Below are positions 10,859-21,310 of a DNA stretch of 64,000 bases, piece after piece. The DNA is from Fibrobacteria bacterium (lineage in GTDB: Bacteria; Fibrobacterota; Fibrobacteria; UBA11236): assembly GCA_043732185.1 (NCBI GenBank), contig JAYTHY010000023.1:40880-104879 (forward strand), given 5' to 3'. The notes beneath the pieces are model-generated. The model was not told the DNA's origin and did not search any database. It worked only from the letters and a program-made list of their open reading frames with translations. How positions within the stretch are numbered: position 1 is the first letter of the stretch; each line of letters begins with the position of its first letter. The translations under genes and the position numbers were made by a program.

Positions 10859-12036
10859 TCCGAAGCAATAGTTTCAGCCGCGCATTAGAAAACATGGCCG
10901 TAAAAACATCCATGGCCATCCTTAAAATATTGGAGAAGGGTAAACCTAAGGCGCAAAAACCAACCGGCGAACACCGTGTGCTTATTTGCAAATGGTGTTG
11001 CATGGGAGATGCCATTCTCAGCCTATATGCCATTCGGGAATTCAAACGTCTCCACGGCAATATCCACATTGAAATGTTGGTCTCGTCGCGAATTGCGGAA
11101 GTGTACCGCACGTCTCCGGACATCGACAGGGTATATGTATTACCCGTTACCGGCAGACGCCTGTTGCTTGAACTCATCAACCCGCGCCTATGGTTCCGCT
11201 TCTCCTCCATGATTTTTCATTTACGAGGTCGTCGGTTCGCTCAATTCATCGATTTGGAGCTCTATCGCGGCACAGGCCCATTCCTAAAGCGGCTGTTTGG
11301 CATTCCGTACTCTCGTGGCTTCCAAGTTCAGGGTGCCCTACCCAAGCATCACGATTTCGAAGTCCCGCGAGCGCGCAATATGCTTGAATGGCAATGTTTT
11401 TATCTGATATTGGGCCTGGACATTCCTGTCCATAACCCCGCGCCATTGTATAGTCGAAACGAAACGAACACCGTAAAGGGAGAAAAACGCATCGGTATCG
11501 TTTACGGTTCCTCTTTCAATTGGCCCCAGAAAAAATGGCCCCGTGAATTTTTCGCTGAAACCATATTCATACTGGCTAAAGAGGGTTATACATTCCTGTT
11601 ATTCGGGGATACCCTAGAAAGAAAAGATAGCGCATGGATAATGGAAAAATGCCGCAGCATGAGTGTAGAACCCGGTAAGTTACTAGACTTAGACGCAGGT
11701 ACTCTAAGAGATACTACGGGAACCCTGGATTTTTTCGGACTCCAGCGCGAAGTGTCCACCTGTGATTTGATTTTTGGAAATGATACAGGAACGCTGCACT
11801 TGGCTGCGGCATGTGGAATTCCGACCATAACGCTATTTGGGCCGACCGACCCAGACAAATGGAACGGCTTAACCTCGACCCCACTATTTTTACCTGACTT
11901 GGCCTGCCGACCCTGCTATTACCTGGGAAGTATGCCACCTTGTAGTCATTTTTCCTGCCTGAGACAATTGGCTCCTGTAAGAGTAGTTGAACAAATTCGC
12001 AGCCTGCTCCCAGTGGCCCCGTTTTCCAATTCCTAA
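10855..12036 (+). CDS. GT9 (heptosyltransferase-like) glycosyltransferase
   Basis: MGDAIL, KKWP, GNDTGTLHLAAA, TLFGPT, C-terminal Cys cluster CRPC..C...C. Confidence 0.9.
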   Translation: MIRSNSFSRALENMAVKTSMAILKILEKGKPKAQKPTGEHRVLICKWCCMGDAILSLYAIREFKRLHGNIHIEMLVSSRIAEVYRTSPDIDRVYVLPVTGRRLLLELINPRLWFRFSSMIFHLRGRRFAQFIDLELYRGTGPFLKRLFGIPYSRGFQVQGALPKHHDFEVPRARNMLEWQCFYLILGLDIPVHNPAPLYSRNETNTVKGEKRIGIVYGSSFNWPQKKWPREFFAETIFILAKEGYTFLLFGDTLERKDSAWIMEKCRSMSVEPGKLLDLDAGTLRDTTGTLDFFGLQREVSTCDLIFGNDTGTLHLAAACGIPTITLFGPTDPDKWNGLTSTPLFLPDLACRPCYYLGSMPPCSHFSCLRQLAPVRVVEQIRSLLPVAPFSNS

Positions 12037-12089
12037 ATAAAGCAAAGTCTTGCAAAAACTGCCCGGCCCCTTTCGCATTTAAGGCTAAA

Positions 12090-12131
12090 TTTGAAAGGCT
12101 GGCAGAGCCATTTGAAGGGCTGGAAGGGCCA
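12090..12131. repeat. Imperfect 21-bp tandem repeat upstream of mltG
   Basis: TTTGAAAGGCTGGCAGAGCCA / TTTGAAGGGCTGGAAGGGCCA (18/21 identical). Confidence 0.6.
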
Positions 12132-12149
12132 AAAGGGTTTTAATTTACC

Positions 12150-13247
12150 ATGGTAAATCGAAAAAAAAAGGGCTTTTCAGTTTCAAAGAGTATGGTTCTT
12201 TTCATTATTCTCGCGGGAAGCATTCTGTACCTGACTTTCCTGCTCACGCAAAAATCAACACCTAAACCTACCCTGGAAACGGGACTGGAAATCGATCCAA
12301 AATCTGGATTCATTCTGTACCAAGTGGCAGCAAATGCCAATTTGACTAGCGTTGCGCAAGACATGGAATCCAAGGGGTTGATTGTAAGCGCCAGGGCTTT
12401 CAAATATTTCTTGATCGCCTCTCGCCAGGATAAAAAAATCAGAGCTGGTTATTTTTACATCAAGCCATCAAACTCGATAGTGGATTTGGTATGGAAACTG
12501 ACAAGTGGTAAAATGGCCACCCAAACCGTCACCATTCCAGAAGGAAAAACGTCCTGGGAAATATTCTCGATTCTCCATTCCCGCTTTTCCCTTGACAGCG
12601 TGAAGTTCGACTCCTTGGTGCATGCGCCCGATTTCGTCCATGGCTTAAAAATAGATGCCACATCATTGGAAGGTTACCTTTTTCCAGACACCTACGTGTT
12701 ACCCTGGAAGGTTACGGAGCGTGACGTCATAAAAGTAATGGTTGGCCGTTTCCATGAGGTGAGTCAAGAATTCGACCGTCAAGGTCCTGTTTATTCCAAG
12801 TACCATGAACTGGGTTGGCTAACTTTGGCATCGATAGTCGAAAAGGAGGCTGCCGTAGCCGCCGAACAAGGAATCATCGCTGGCGTATTCTATAATCGAC
12901 TGCGACTGGGATGGAGCCTGGGAGCCGACCCAACGGTGCGCTTCGCGGTTCGCAAACCCACCGGCCCCCTTTTCGTTTCGGATTTGGATAACAATTCGCC
13001 GTATAATACCAGGAAATATACAGGGTTACCCCCAGGGCCAATTTGCAATCCAGGGCGCGGAGCCTTGCGGGCCGCCTTGAATCCACTTGTGACGGACAAA
13101 ATGTTTTTTGTTGCCAAAGACAACGGATCCCGGGAACATTTTTTCTCTGTAGACAATCCCGAACACTTACGGTTTAAAGCGATGGCTGCGGCCAACCGAT
13201 TACAACGCAATGCGCCCAAGCCAAAAGCAGGACGCGACCACCGGTAA
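12150..13247 (+). CDS. mltG: Endolytic transglycosylase MltG
   Basis: N-terminal TM; VTIPEG, LEGYLFPDTY, LASIVEKE, SPYNT..GLPPGPICNPG. Confidence 0.95.
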   Translation: MVNRKKKGFSVSKSMVLFIILAGSILYLTFLLTQKSTPKPTLETGLEIDPKSGFILYQVAANANLTSVAQDMESKGLIVSARAFKYFLIASRQDKKIRAGYFYIKPSNSIVDLVWKLTSGKMATQTVTIPEGKTSWEIFSILHSRFSLDSVKFDSLVHAPDFVHGLKIDATSLEGYLFPDTYVLPWKVTERDVIKVMVGRFHEVSQEFDRQGPVYSKYHELGWLTLASIVEKEAAVAAEQGIIAGVFYNRLRLGWSLGADPTVRFAVRKPTGPLFVSDLDNNSPYNTRKYTGLPPGPICNPGRGALRAALNPLVTDKMFFVAKDNGSREHFFSVDNPEHLRFKAMAAANRLQRNAPKPKAGRDHR

Positions 13248-13269
13248 TCTAGTCTAATTAAAAATCGAG

Positions 13270-14280
13270 TCAGCCCGAGCGATCTGTCATCAGTCGACAG
13301 AGTTTTCGAAGGTGCTGGGACGAGGAATTGTCTGGCAGGCTATCCAAGAACGGCATACACGCACTAATCTTGGCAATGGCAATCTCTCTAGCCCTTTGAA
13401 AGGCCATATTCGCTTCGAGCATGGCATTGATGCTCAACTGACTGCTTTCCAATTCCGAAGAAGCCAGCAAGGTTAACATCCGTTTACGTTCATCCAAATC
13501 ACAGGACGAAAAAAACAGGATGAGCGGCAGGGTAAAATAACCATTTTTTAGATCCGAAAAAGTGCGCTTGTCCAGGTTTTCGGCGCCATATCCGAAGTCC
13601 AATAGGTCATCGATGATCTGGAAAGCCATGCCAAAGTTTCTGCCCACCTCGGCTCCGGCGCGAACCATGTCTTCATCAAATCCTGCCAAGATGGCACCAC
13701 ATTCCCCACAAGCTTGAAGCAGGGCCGCTGTTTTGCCTTCAATCACCGAAAAATACTGGGCCAGAGAAAGCTCTGCGTTATGTGCTTGGTCCACTTCTAA
13801 CACTTCGGCCACAATCAAACGGCTGGAAGCCTTGCTTAAACTTAAAGGTAGGCGATGGTCGCGGTCACTCCAAATCATTTCCATGGATTTGGCCAGCGTA
13901 TAATCACCAAGTAGGACAGCAGTGCGATTGCCCCATCGCTGATGAGCCGTCTTCTCATTGCGTCTTAAATCACTGTCATCGATAATATCATCATGCACAA
14001 GGGAGGCGAGATGGATGAATTCAATGGCGGCGGAAACACGCACGGTTCTATCAAACTGCCAGTCGCGGCCGGAAGAGGCCATGAGCAACAGAAAGGTGGA
14101 GCGAATTCGTTTACCGCGTCTGAGCAGTAAGGCATTCAACTGACCTGCAAGTTTGCCAGGAGCATTATCAGCCACTTGAAGCATCACCCGATGGACTTCG
14201 TCCAAGCCGGTGCCGACACAATTCCGAGCCTCCTTGAGCACTTGCTCGTAGGACAGTTCCTTGGTCAGTAAATTGCTCAC
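13270..14280 (-). CDS. Long-chain trans-polyprenyl diphosphate synthase (IspB/HepT-like)
   Basis: GKRIR, FARM HDDIID..RR with Ala at -5 (long-chain type), GKTA, SARM FQIIDDLLD. Confidence 0.9.
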   Translation of the reverse strand: MSNLLTKELSYEQVLKEARNCVGTGLDEVHRVMLQVADNAPGKLAGQLNALLLRRGKRIRSTFLLLMASSGRDWQFDRTVRVSAAIEFIHLASLVHDDIIDDSDLRRNEKTAHQRWGNRTAVLLGDYTLAKSMEMIWSDRDHRLPLSLSKASSRLIVAEVLEVDQAHNAELSLAQYFSVIEGKTAALLQACGECGAILAGFDEDMVRAGAEVGRNFGMAFQIIDDLLDFGYGAENLDKRTFSDLKNGYFTLPLILFFSSCDLDERKRMLTLLASSELESSQLSINAMLEANMAFQRAREIAIAKISACMPFLDSLPDNSSSQHLRKLCRLMTDRSG

Positions 14281-14421
14281 TCCGGCTCCCTTAATGCTGA
14301 AACGCGGCCCGTATGGCCGCGAACAGGAACGTAGTTTTAATATAATAACTGACCTTCAGGTCTGGGAAAATGTGCCTATATTTGCGGCTCATATTGGGCC
14401 GGAAAGAATGGAACGGTACGC

Positions 14422-15273
14422 TTGGGAACCTATTGGTGGATATACTTCGCAACACTTCCGGCTCAAATTGAGTTGGACCAGAGTCAGCTATTTGAATTAG
14501 GAGCGACTGGAGTCGAAGAACTTGAAGAAACTCAAACTCCCGTGTCGAGTAAAATTTTTCTCAAGGCTTTTTTTGCTAGCCAGGAATCCCAAACAGAAGC
14601 TCTGCGGTACTTTCGCGAGCGGCCCGGGCTTGAAGGCGGCCAAGGAAAAATTGAGGATTGGGACCGTAGTTGGCGGGAACGCCAGACACCAGTAGAGGTT
14701 ACCTCATCCTTGGTGGTCGTGCCTCCTTGGATTCTGGCACCGGAGGCCTTCAAGCATGTCATCCGTCTCGAAGCCAAAATGGCATTTGGTACCGGCTCGC
14801 ATGAAACCACCCGAATCGCTGCCCGGCTCATTGAAACTCTACCTGCCATCCCCAAAACCGTATTGGATATTGGCACGGGTACTGGACTTTTAGCGCTCTA
14901 TGCAGGAATTTTGGGTAGTTCCGAGATTTTGGCTTTGGATATCGACCCTGTGGTGGGTCCGTGTCTAAATGAAAATCTGGCACTCAATCCCTTGCCTGCT
15001 TCTTGTCGATTCCGAACTCTGATCAGCGAAACCGCCGCGCTCAAATCCAAAACCAAGTTCGACCTTGTCATCTGCAACATGATACGCACCGAACTTTGGC
15101 CGTTTAGGGAGGAACTTCGCTCGCGATTGTCACCAACCGGCCATTTCGTGGTCTCCGGGCAAAGACTGGAAGACAAACCCCATTTCGAAGCCTGGCGCGC
15201 TGAATCGCCATTTAAAATAGTATCTGAATTGGAAATGGATGGTTGGTGGGGTTTCTCCGCCATTTTGTGCTAA
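14422..15273 (+). CDS. prmA: Ribosomal protein L11 methyltransferase
   Basis: MAFGTGSHETT, VLDIGTGTG, DID; TTG start. Confidence 0.85.
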   Translation: MGTYWWIYFATLPAQIELDQSQLFELGATGVEELEETQTPVSSKIFLKAFFASQESQTEALRYFRERPGLEGGQGKIEDWDRSWRERQTPVEVTSSLVVVPPWILAPEAFKHVIRLEAKMAFGTGSHETTRIAARLIETLPAIPKTVLDIGTGTGLLALYAGILGSSEILALDIDPVVGPCLNENLALNPLPASCRFRTLISETAALKSKTKFDLVICNMIRTELWPFREELRSRLSPTGHFVVSGQRLEDKPHFEAWRAESPFKIVSELEMDGWWGFSAILC

Positions 15274-15283
15274 ATTTTTGATC

Positions 15284-16321
15284 ATGATAGCAACACTAAA
15301 AAATCGTTCCTTACTCGATGCCGCACTTGGTCTGGTCCCGGATCATAGTCCTGTTTGGATAATGCGCCAAGCTGGCAGGTATCTTGCGGATTACCGCAAA
15401 GTCCGTGCCTTGTTCCCGTCCTTTATGGATTTTTGCCGCTCACCGGAACATGTTGCAGAAGTCACCATTCAACCTGTTGATCAAATCGGCGTGGACGCGG
15501 CTATTTTATTTTCGGATATCTTGGTCCTTTTACCTCCCATGGGATTGGAGCTCGAGTTCAAGGAGAACAAAGGTCCCGTGATTGCAAATCCATTACGCAG
15601 TGATGCGATGATTGCAGCCTTGCCATCAGGAAATCTGAATACAGAACTGAATTATGTTTTTGAGGGTATCCGGCTTACCAAACGCGCCTTGGATGGACGC
15701 GTGCCCTTGATAGGTTTTGCGGGTGGACCGTTTACTGTTGCATCCTATATGGTGGAAGGCGGATCATCCAAAGAATTGGCGAAGCTGAAAGCCTTGCTAT
15801 TTACCCGGCCCGAGATGTTCAAGCTCCTAATGACCAAGCTATCAACGGTTACAGCTGCCTATTTATGCGAACAGATCCGAGCCGGTGTGGACGTGATAAC
15901 GATTATGGATTCGTGGGCCGGTTACCTCTCTCCAGAGGATTACCAGGAATATGTTTTTCCACATACCCGATCAATTGTCCTGGCCGTAAGAGAATCGTAT
16001 CCCAATATTCCAATTATTCATTATGCCAATGGCGCACCTACTTTGTTGCCGCACTTTGTTGCCTTAGACGTAAATGTGGTGGGCTTGGACTGGAGAGTGA
16101 ATTTGTCCGATGTGCTCAAGGCCTATCCCGGCCAAGTATTTCAAGGAAATATGGATCCCTGCATGCTGTATGCGGATCCAAAACGAATTGCCGACAAAGT
16201 CGCCTCTATGAAAACTGCAGTTGGTACTCGACCTCACATTTTCAATCTTGGCCATGGCATTCTTCCCGATATACCGGTTGAAAACGCCCGAGCCTTTGTA
16301 CAGGCCGTGCAAGGCAAGTGA
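15284..16321 (+). CDS. hemE: Uroporphyrinogen decarboxylase
   Basis: PVWIMRQAGRYL, AILFSDIL, QGNMDP, IFNLGHG. Confidence 0.97.
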   Translation: MIATLKNRSLLDAALGLVPDHSPVWIMRQAGRYLADYRKVRALFPSFMDFCRSPEHVAEVTIQPVDQIGVDAAILFSDILVLLPPMGLELEFKENKGPVIANPLRSDAMIAALPSGNLNTELNYVFEGIRLTKRALDGRVPLIGFAGGPFTVASYMVEGGSSKELAKLKALLFTRPEMFKLLMTKLSTVTAAYLCEQIRAGVDVITIMDSWAGYLSPEDYQEYVFPHTRSIVLAVRESYPNIPIIHYANGAPTLLPHFVALDVNVVGLDWRVNLSDVLKAYPGQVFQGNMDPCMLYADPKRIADKVASMKTAVGTRPHIFNLGHGILPDIPVENARAFVQAVQGK

Positions 16322-16332
16322 AGTCTCCGCTT

Positions 16333-17418
16333 TTAGCGGATGATCAGCATTGCGTCTCCGTAGCTGAATAGGCGATAGCCTATTTGAAAAGCTTCCGCGT
16401 ACAATTTTTTCGCCCGGTCCGTGCCAAGCAGACTGCAAACCAAAATGAAAAGTGTGGACTTGGGCCAATGAAAGTTGGTTAGCAGCCCATCCACTCCCTT
16501 CCAACTATACCCGGGATAAATAAAAATCTTTGTCTCTCCGCGACCCGGCACAAAAAGTGCTTCTACGGGGCCGAGTGCTTGGGATTCCAGGACTCGGGCG
16601 ACTGTGGTTCCTACAGCCCAGACTTTGCCTCCACCACTGCGAACAGCATTCAGTTTTGCTGCAGATTCTTGCGTAAACTCAAAATGCTCGGCGTGCATGG
16701 TATGGTCCTTTAACGATTCCCCTTTCACCGGCTGAAAAGTTCCAGCTCCAACATGCAGCGTTACTTTTACAATCGTGACGCCACGTGCTTCTATAGCGGA
16801 CAATATTGGTTCACTAAAATGGAGGCTGGCTGTAGGCGCGGCCACCGAACCTAGTTTGACTGCAAAGACGCTTTGGTACGAGACATCATCTATGGAATTC
16901 GTTTCCCGCTTAATATAGGGTGGCAGAGGAATTTCCCCAACCGTTTCCAGTTCGGACAAAAATGCAGTAGCATCCATTTCAAAATCCAAATGGCGCGTAC
17001 CGTCCTCGAGTACTTTTGAAACCGTTCCAACAAGCTGGGTTGAAAAGGTGATACGATCCCCTAGCTGAAATCGTTTGGCCGGTTTAACCATCGCCGACCA
17101 GCGGCTCAAGACATGTCCTGCACCACTTGTATCAGGAACGTTGTCCAAATCAGGACCACTGATCGATGCCAACAGCAGCACTTCCACTTTTGCACCAGAA
17201 GCCGTTTTACCTTTTAGTCTTGCCCGAAGCACGCGTGTGTCATTGAGAACTAATGCGTCTCCCTTTTGCATATAGTCCCCAAATTTGGCCGTTTGGGAAT
17301 GTACAGGTTCGGATGCCCCATTTTGGCTAACAACCATTAAGCGAGCCTCTCCCCTGGCAACAGGCGCATAGGCGATTAATTCTTTTGGGAACAGGAAATC
17401 GAAATCCGCAGTTCGCAT
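16333..17418 (-). CDS. queA: SAM:tRNA ribosyltransferase-isomerase
   Basis: PLPPYIKR, GSVAAPTASLHF, TLHVGAGTF, TNFH, YRLFSYGDAM. Confidence 0.97.
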   Translation of the reverse strand: MRTADFDFLFPKELIAYAPVARGEARLMVVSQNGASEPVHSQTAKFGDYMQKGDALVLNDTRVLRARLKGKTASGAKVEVLLLASISGPDLDNVPDTSGAGHVLSRWSAMVKPAKRFQLGDRITFSTQLVGTVSKVLEDGTRHLDFEMDATAFLSELETVGEIPLPPYIKRETNSIDDVSYQSVFAVKLGSVAAPTASLHFSEPILSAIEARGVTIVKVTLHVGAGTFQPVKGESLKDHTMHAEHFEFTQESAAKLNAVRSGGGKVWAVGTTVARVLESQALGPVEALFVPGRGETKIFIYPGYSWKGVDGLLTNFHWPKSTLFILVCSLLGTDRAKKLYAEAFQIGYRLFSYGDAMLIIR

Positions 17419-17523
17419 TATTTTCCAAAATAAAGTCGATTGAAGGTGGCCGGAGTCGGATAATATAGTCAAGATGGTGGGCTTTAGTCCAAAGCCCACC
17501 AACTCAGGAATAGGGATTGGTAT

Positions 17524-18279
17524 ATGCAAAGAACTCGAGCATTTTTCTCTGGATCCTTTTGTAACGGAAAGGGTATTGAAATAGGCGCCTTACACCACCC
17601 TTTTCCCCTCCCTCCAAATGCTCAAGTTCGCTATATGGATCGATTAGGAATCGAGGACCTTAGAAAACAGTATCCGGAATTGAACAATGAGGTTTTGGTG
17701 CCTGTCGATATCATCGACGATGGCGAAACCTTGAAATCACTTTCAGATGGACAAGAAGATTTTATCATCGCTTCACAATTTTTGGAACATTGTGAAAACC
17801 CTATTCGCGCCCTGATAAATATGCTACGGGTGGTGAAGGACAAGGGCATTGTACTACTGACCATTCCAGATATGCGCGCCACTTTTGACAGTAAGCGGCC
17901 GCTTACCAGCAACACGCACCTCATTGAAGAATGCTATTTCGGAACAGAAAAAACCAAACACGAACATTTCTTGGAGTTCACCAGGTTAGTCGTCGGTATC
18001 GATGATCCTTTCGAGGCGGAAAAATATGCCGTCGAATTGCAGGCACGCAAATACAGCATTCATTTTCATGTATGGGATCCGGACTCCTTCATTAAATTTT
18101 TGTTTTTCACCAAAGAAAGTTTTCACCTCCCCTTTGAAATTTATGCGACTTTCATGAACGCGGAAGAATTGATTGTGGTTTTGAAAAAGAGTGTGCCTAA
18201 GGCTTTACCGAACGACTCGGCTTTGACCGCTTCCGCATCGGCGCTGCCTTTGGAGCCGGCTTGGCAACCTCTCCCGTAA
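17524..18279 (+). CDS. SAM-dependent methyltransferase-like protein
   Basis: GIEIGA, DFIIASQFLEH..NPI, IPD..TFD..R, HFHVW. Confidence 0.75.
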   Translation: MQRTRAFFSGSFCNGKGIEIGALHHPFPLPPNAQVRYMDRLGIEDLRKQYPELNNEVLVPVDIIDDGETLKSLSDGQEDFIIASQFLEHCENPIRALINMLRVVKDKGIVLLTIPDMRATFDSKRPLTSNTHLIEECYFGTEKTKHEHFLEFTRLVVGIDDPFEAEKYAVELQARKYSIHFHVWDPDSFIKFLFFTKESFHLPFEIYATFMNAEELIVVLKKSVPKALPNDSALTASASALPLEPAWQPLP

Positions 18280-19711
18280 GTTGCCGGTATGCTTCGCCAG
18301 CCGCCATCGCAACGGTCTCATCGGGATCAGATAACAGACGTTTGGTATCCTCCAAGGCTAGCTTGTCGCTCAACTTAACCAAAGCGATCAATGCCTCACG
18401 GCGCATCTGAGGATCCGGGTCCGAGCACAAAGCCTTCAGCGGTTTTACGTAAACAGTGTCCTTGCTAAATGCCATTACCAAAACTGCTGGCACGCGCCGA
18501 TTGCCTGCAGCGGTGTCCCCGGCCGTTTGAATCACCACCTCAGCACCCACAGGTCCAAGCGCCAACAACTGCCGCATGGTTTCACGGCTTTCCTTGGGAT
18601 CCGATAGATCGGATTGCATTTTTTCTGCAATGGATTTGAGATAGGCCATGGCTTGGTTCTTGGAGGTTTTTAAGCCATCACTTCCTGCCCCATTACTGAT
18701 AGAGTCTTGCCCTAAGGAATCCATCTTACTTTGCGCATGTCCGAAATTTGAATGCCCGCCAGCTTGCAATTGCGCAACCATTTGCTTCAAATCTTCAAGA
18801 CTGGCAAGCTCCCGTTCCTGTTGAACATTTTTGACTTCCAGAATCGCAACCCGTTCAGGCAAGGTTAGTTTTTGGCGGTGCGGCACCCAGCCCAGTACCA
18901 GTAAGGATACGGTAATTCCGGGAGAATTGTAGCCGTCTTCGAGCGAGTGGGATGGGGTTAGAAAAAATCCCCAACGGCCTCCCTGTCGAATCCAAGATTG
19001 AAACTCAGTCATACCCAGCGATAGGGCTACCAAATTTCGATATTTCCATTGGAAAGAGAGCACCTGGTGGAAATCCGAAAACCTTTCGAAGACTTCATAA
19101 CCCAGATTTGCGCCCGCACCCAAATCCTGTTCTATTCCTGCATTTAAACTTCCAAACCCCTTAGTTGCATGGGTCAAAACGGACATCCCTAAATGCGCCC
19201 GAGTCATGCTAGCAAAGGATTTTGCAACGGTTACGTAACTTTCGCTTTGTAAGTTTTTTTGCGTATTGGTATTCGATACGCCGTAAAGACCAGCCTCTTG
19301 GCTTCCAAAAAGATTGCGCACTCCAAATACCAAATCCGGCCATAATAAGTCCTCGCGCAATAACAAAGCCTTGATGGACAAGCTAAACGCTTGCCCATAT
19401 TGAACGCCAATTTCAGCCCGGTTTTCGATGCCGAATAATATCTCAGAGCTGTAATTTAAACTTTGCACTTCCTTGGGTGTGGCCGAACTTGTCGTATCCA
19501 AAGCAGTAGGGTCAGGGCTACCGATTGCAGAGCTCGTGAAATATTGGAACCGTCCGGAAAGTCGATACTGGCCGTGGACCAACACATTTGCAGAAGGAAT
19601 TGCAAGCAGTACGGGAGAGTGTTGTGCAAATGGAATGGGTATGGCAGCAGAAAAAACCAGGCCCGGGATGGCCCAAAGAACTAAGAGCGCTTTATATTGT
19701 TTTTTCTCCAT
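18197..19711 (-). CDS. Exported protein: probable beta-rich N-terminal domain, coiled coil and C-terminal HEAT repeats
   Basis: Signal peptide; alternating beta-strand pattern; LCSDPDPQMRREA and LLSDPDETVAMAA repeats. Confidence 0.6.
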   Translation of the reverse strand: MEKKQYKALLVLWAIPGLVFSAAIPIPFAQHSPVLLAIPSANVLVHGQYRLSGRFQYFTSSAIGSPDPTALDTTSSATPKEVQSLNYSSEILFGIENRAEIGVQYGQAFSLSIKALLLREDLLWPDLVFGVRNLFGSQEAGLYGVSNTNTQKNLQSESYVTVAKSFASMTRAHLGMSVLTHATKGFGSLNAGIEQDLGAGANLGYEVFERFSDFHQVLSFQWKYRNLVALSLGMTEFQSWIRQGGRWGFFLTPSHSLEDGYNSPGITVSLLVLGWVPHRQKLTLPERVAILEVKNVQQERELASLEDLKQMVAQLQAGGHSNFGHAQSKMDSLGQDSISNGAGSDGLKTSKNQAMAYLKSIAEKMQSDLSDPKESRETMRQLLALGPVGAEVVIQTAGDTAAGNRRVPAVLVMAFSKDTVYVKPLKALCSDPDPQMRREALIALVKLSDKLALEDTKRLLSDPDETVAMAAGEAYRQLTGEVAKPAPKAAPMRKRSKPSRSVKP

Positions 19712-20408
19712 GCAACCGGGCGGCTTCGGCGTCGTCAAGTCTCCGGTAACCGGATTCGGGCACATCGCCCAGACTCAAACCTCCGAAACGTATCCGCTGC
19801 AAGTCTACCACTTTATGGCCTAGGACTTCCAGCATTCGCCTGATTTCGCGATTTTTTCCCTCACGAAGGACCATTTCAAAGTGATCGTCCACGGCTTTCA
19901 CCGAAACAGGCACAGCCAAATCACCCGGTCCAATATCCATGCCTGAGCGCAATTTTTCCATTTCAATCGGATCCAATGGCTTGCGTGTCCAAACCTTGTA
20001 CGTACGCGGCACTTCCCGACTCGGGTGCAAAAGATCGTGTGTCAAACCGCCATCATTGGTGAGAACGATTAAACCCCTACTGTTGAAATCCAAACGTCCT
20101 ACATAATGGAGTTTTCGGAATTCCAGGGGAAGAATGTCATATATGGTAGGTCTACCGAAGGGATCGGTGGCCGAACAGAGGTAACCGGCAGGTTTATGGA
20201 AAAGAATGTATTCATGTTCTTGCGGGGGCTTGGCCGGCCTGGAATGGACTTCGACTTTTTGGCCCTCTTCAATACGACAGGAAAGATTCGTAACGGTTTC
20301 GCCATCGACTTTCACCGCACCTTCACGAATTAATGCCTCGACATTACGCCTGCTGCCTAGGCCGCACAGGGCCAAATACCGATTTATACGCATGGAACCA
20401 TCGCTCAT
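19692..20408 (-). CDS. rRNA pseudouridine synthase (RsuA/RluB family)
   Basis: S4 domain RINRYLA..SRR; VGRLD; LREGKNREIRRM. Confidence 0.92.
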   Translation of the reverse strand: MSDGSMRINRYLALCGLGSRRNVEALIREGAVKVDGETVTNLSCRIEEGQKVEVHSRPAKPPQEHEYILFHKPAGYLCSATDPFGRPTIYDILPLEFRKLHYVGRLDFNSRGLIVLTNDGGLTHDLLHPSREVPRTYKVWTRKPLDPIEMEKLRSGMDIGPGDLAVPVSVKAVDDHFEMVLREGKNREIRRMLEVLGHKVVDLQRIRFGGLSLGDVPESGYRRLDDAEAARLHGEKTI

Positions 20409-21310
20409 TGTAGTACCGGCCGATTCTGGGAGGTGTGTTGCCCAAGCCATTCAAGTATAACCCCATAACGGACGCCTCGGTCGGAAACGGTAAACTGTGA
20501 ACAAGCCGCTTTCTTAAGAAAACTTTCCAGAAGGCAAAGCCCTGGTATTAATATATCCATGCGACCAAGATCCATACCGGGTAGGGCGGCATATTGGGTG
20601 GCAGACAATTTTCTGAGCAAGTCTATTTTGGCCGTAACTTGGTTCAAACTCAACGGCAGACCTTCCAAGGCAATCGAATCAAATACCGGCAACTTGAGCT
20701 CCAACATGGCCAAAGCCGCAGCTGTGCCTCCCACTACAACCAGCTCCATGGGAACGGGCCTGTTGCCCAATTCGGAATCAAAGGCGTGCAAGGATCGCTG
20801 CCTGCATTCCTCAGGATTCTTTCCAACTGCCTCCATTAAACTCACGGCGCCAAGGGGCAAAGACCAACTTTTCCCGCCATGTTGCAATTCTATGCTCCCG
20901 CCACCAATATCGAGCACAGCCAAATTTGAATGTGCATATCGATTCGCAACGGCCGCGTAGCTCAATTCCGATTCTTGCTGGCCGGACAAAATGCGCACCT
21001 GTAAACCTAGCAGCGTGGATATTTTTTCCAGAAGTGCCGTGACATTTCCAGCCGCACGAAATGCCTGCGTGGCAACAGCGCCCACCAAAGTCGCATCGAA
21101 TTTTTCCATCTCCAGCTGAAAGCCAATCAAGGCTTGCAGCAAGGATTGAAAGGACTCTTCCGAAATAAGACCCGTATTCTGCAAGTTACGACCCAGGCGC
21201 GGTACGGCAATTTTTTGCTGGACGGGAACCAATAGGGATCCATTGTATTCGGCAATCAGCAGTATCGCCGAATTGGACCCAATATCAATGGATGCATATC
21301 TTTCCATCAC
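20405..21310 (-). CDS. ppx: Ppx/GppA phosphatase family (short form)
   Basis: IDIGSNS, VATQAFR, LDIGGGS, GVRYG. Confidence 0.88.
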   Translation of the reverse strand: MMERYASIDIGSNSAILLIAEYNGSLLVPVQQKIAVPRLGRNLQNTGLISEESFQSLLQALIGFQLEMEKFDATLVGAVATQAFRAAGNVTALLEKISTLLGLQVRILSGQQESELSYAAVANRYAHSNLAVLDIGGGSIELQHGGKSWSLPLGAVSLMEAVGKNPEECRQRSLHAFDSELGNRPVPMELVVVGGTAAALAMLELKLPVFDSIALEGLPLSLNQVTAKIDLLRKLSATQYAALPGMDLGRMDILIPGLCLLESFLKKAACSQFTVSDRGVRYGVILEWLGQHTSQNRPVLQ

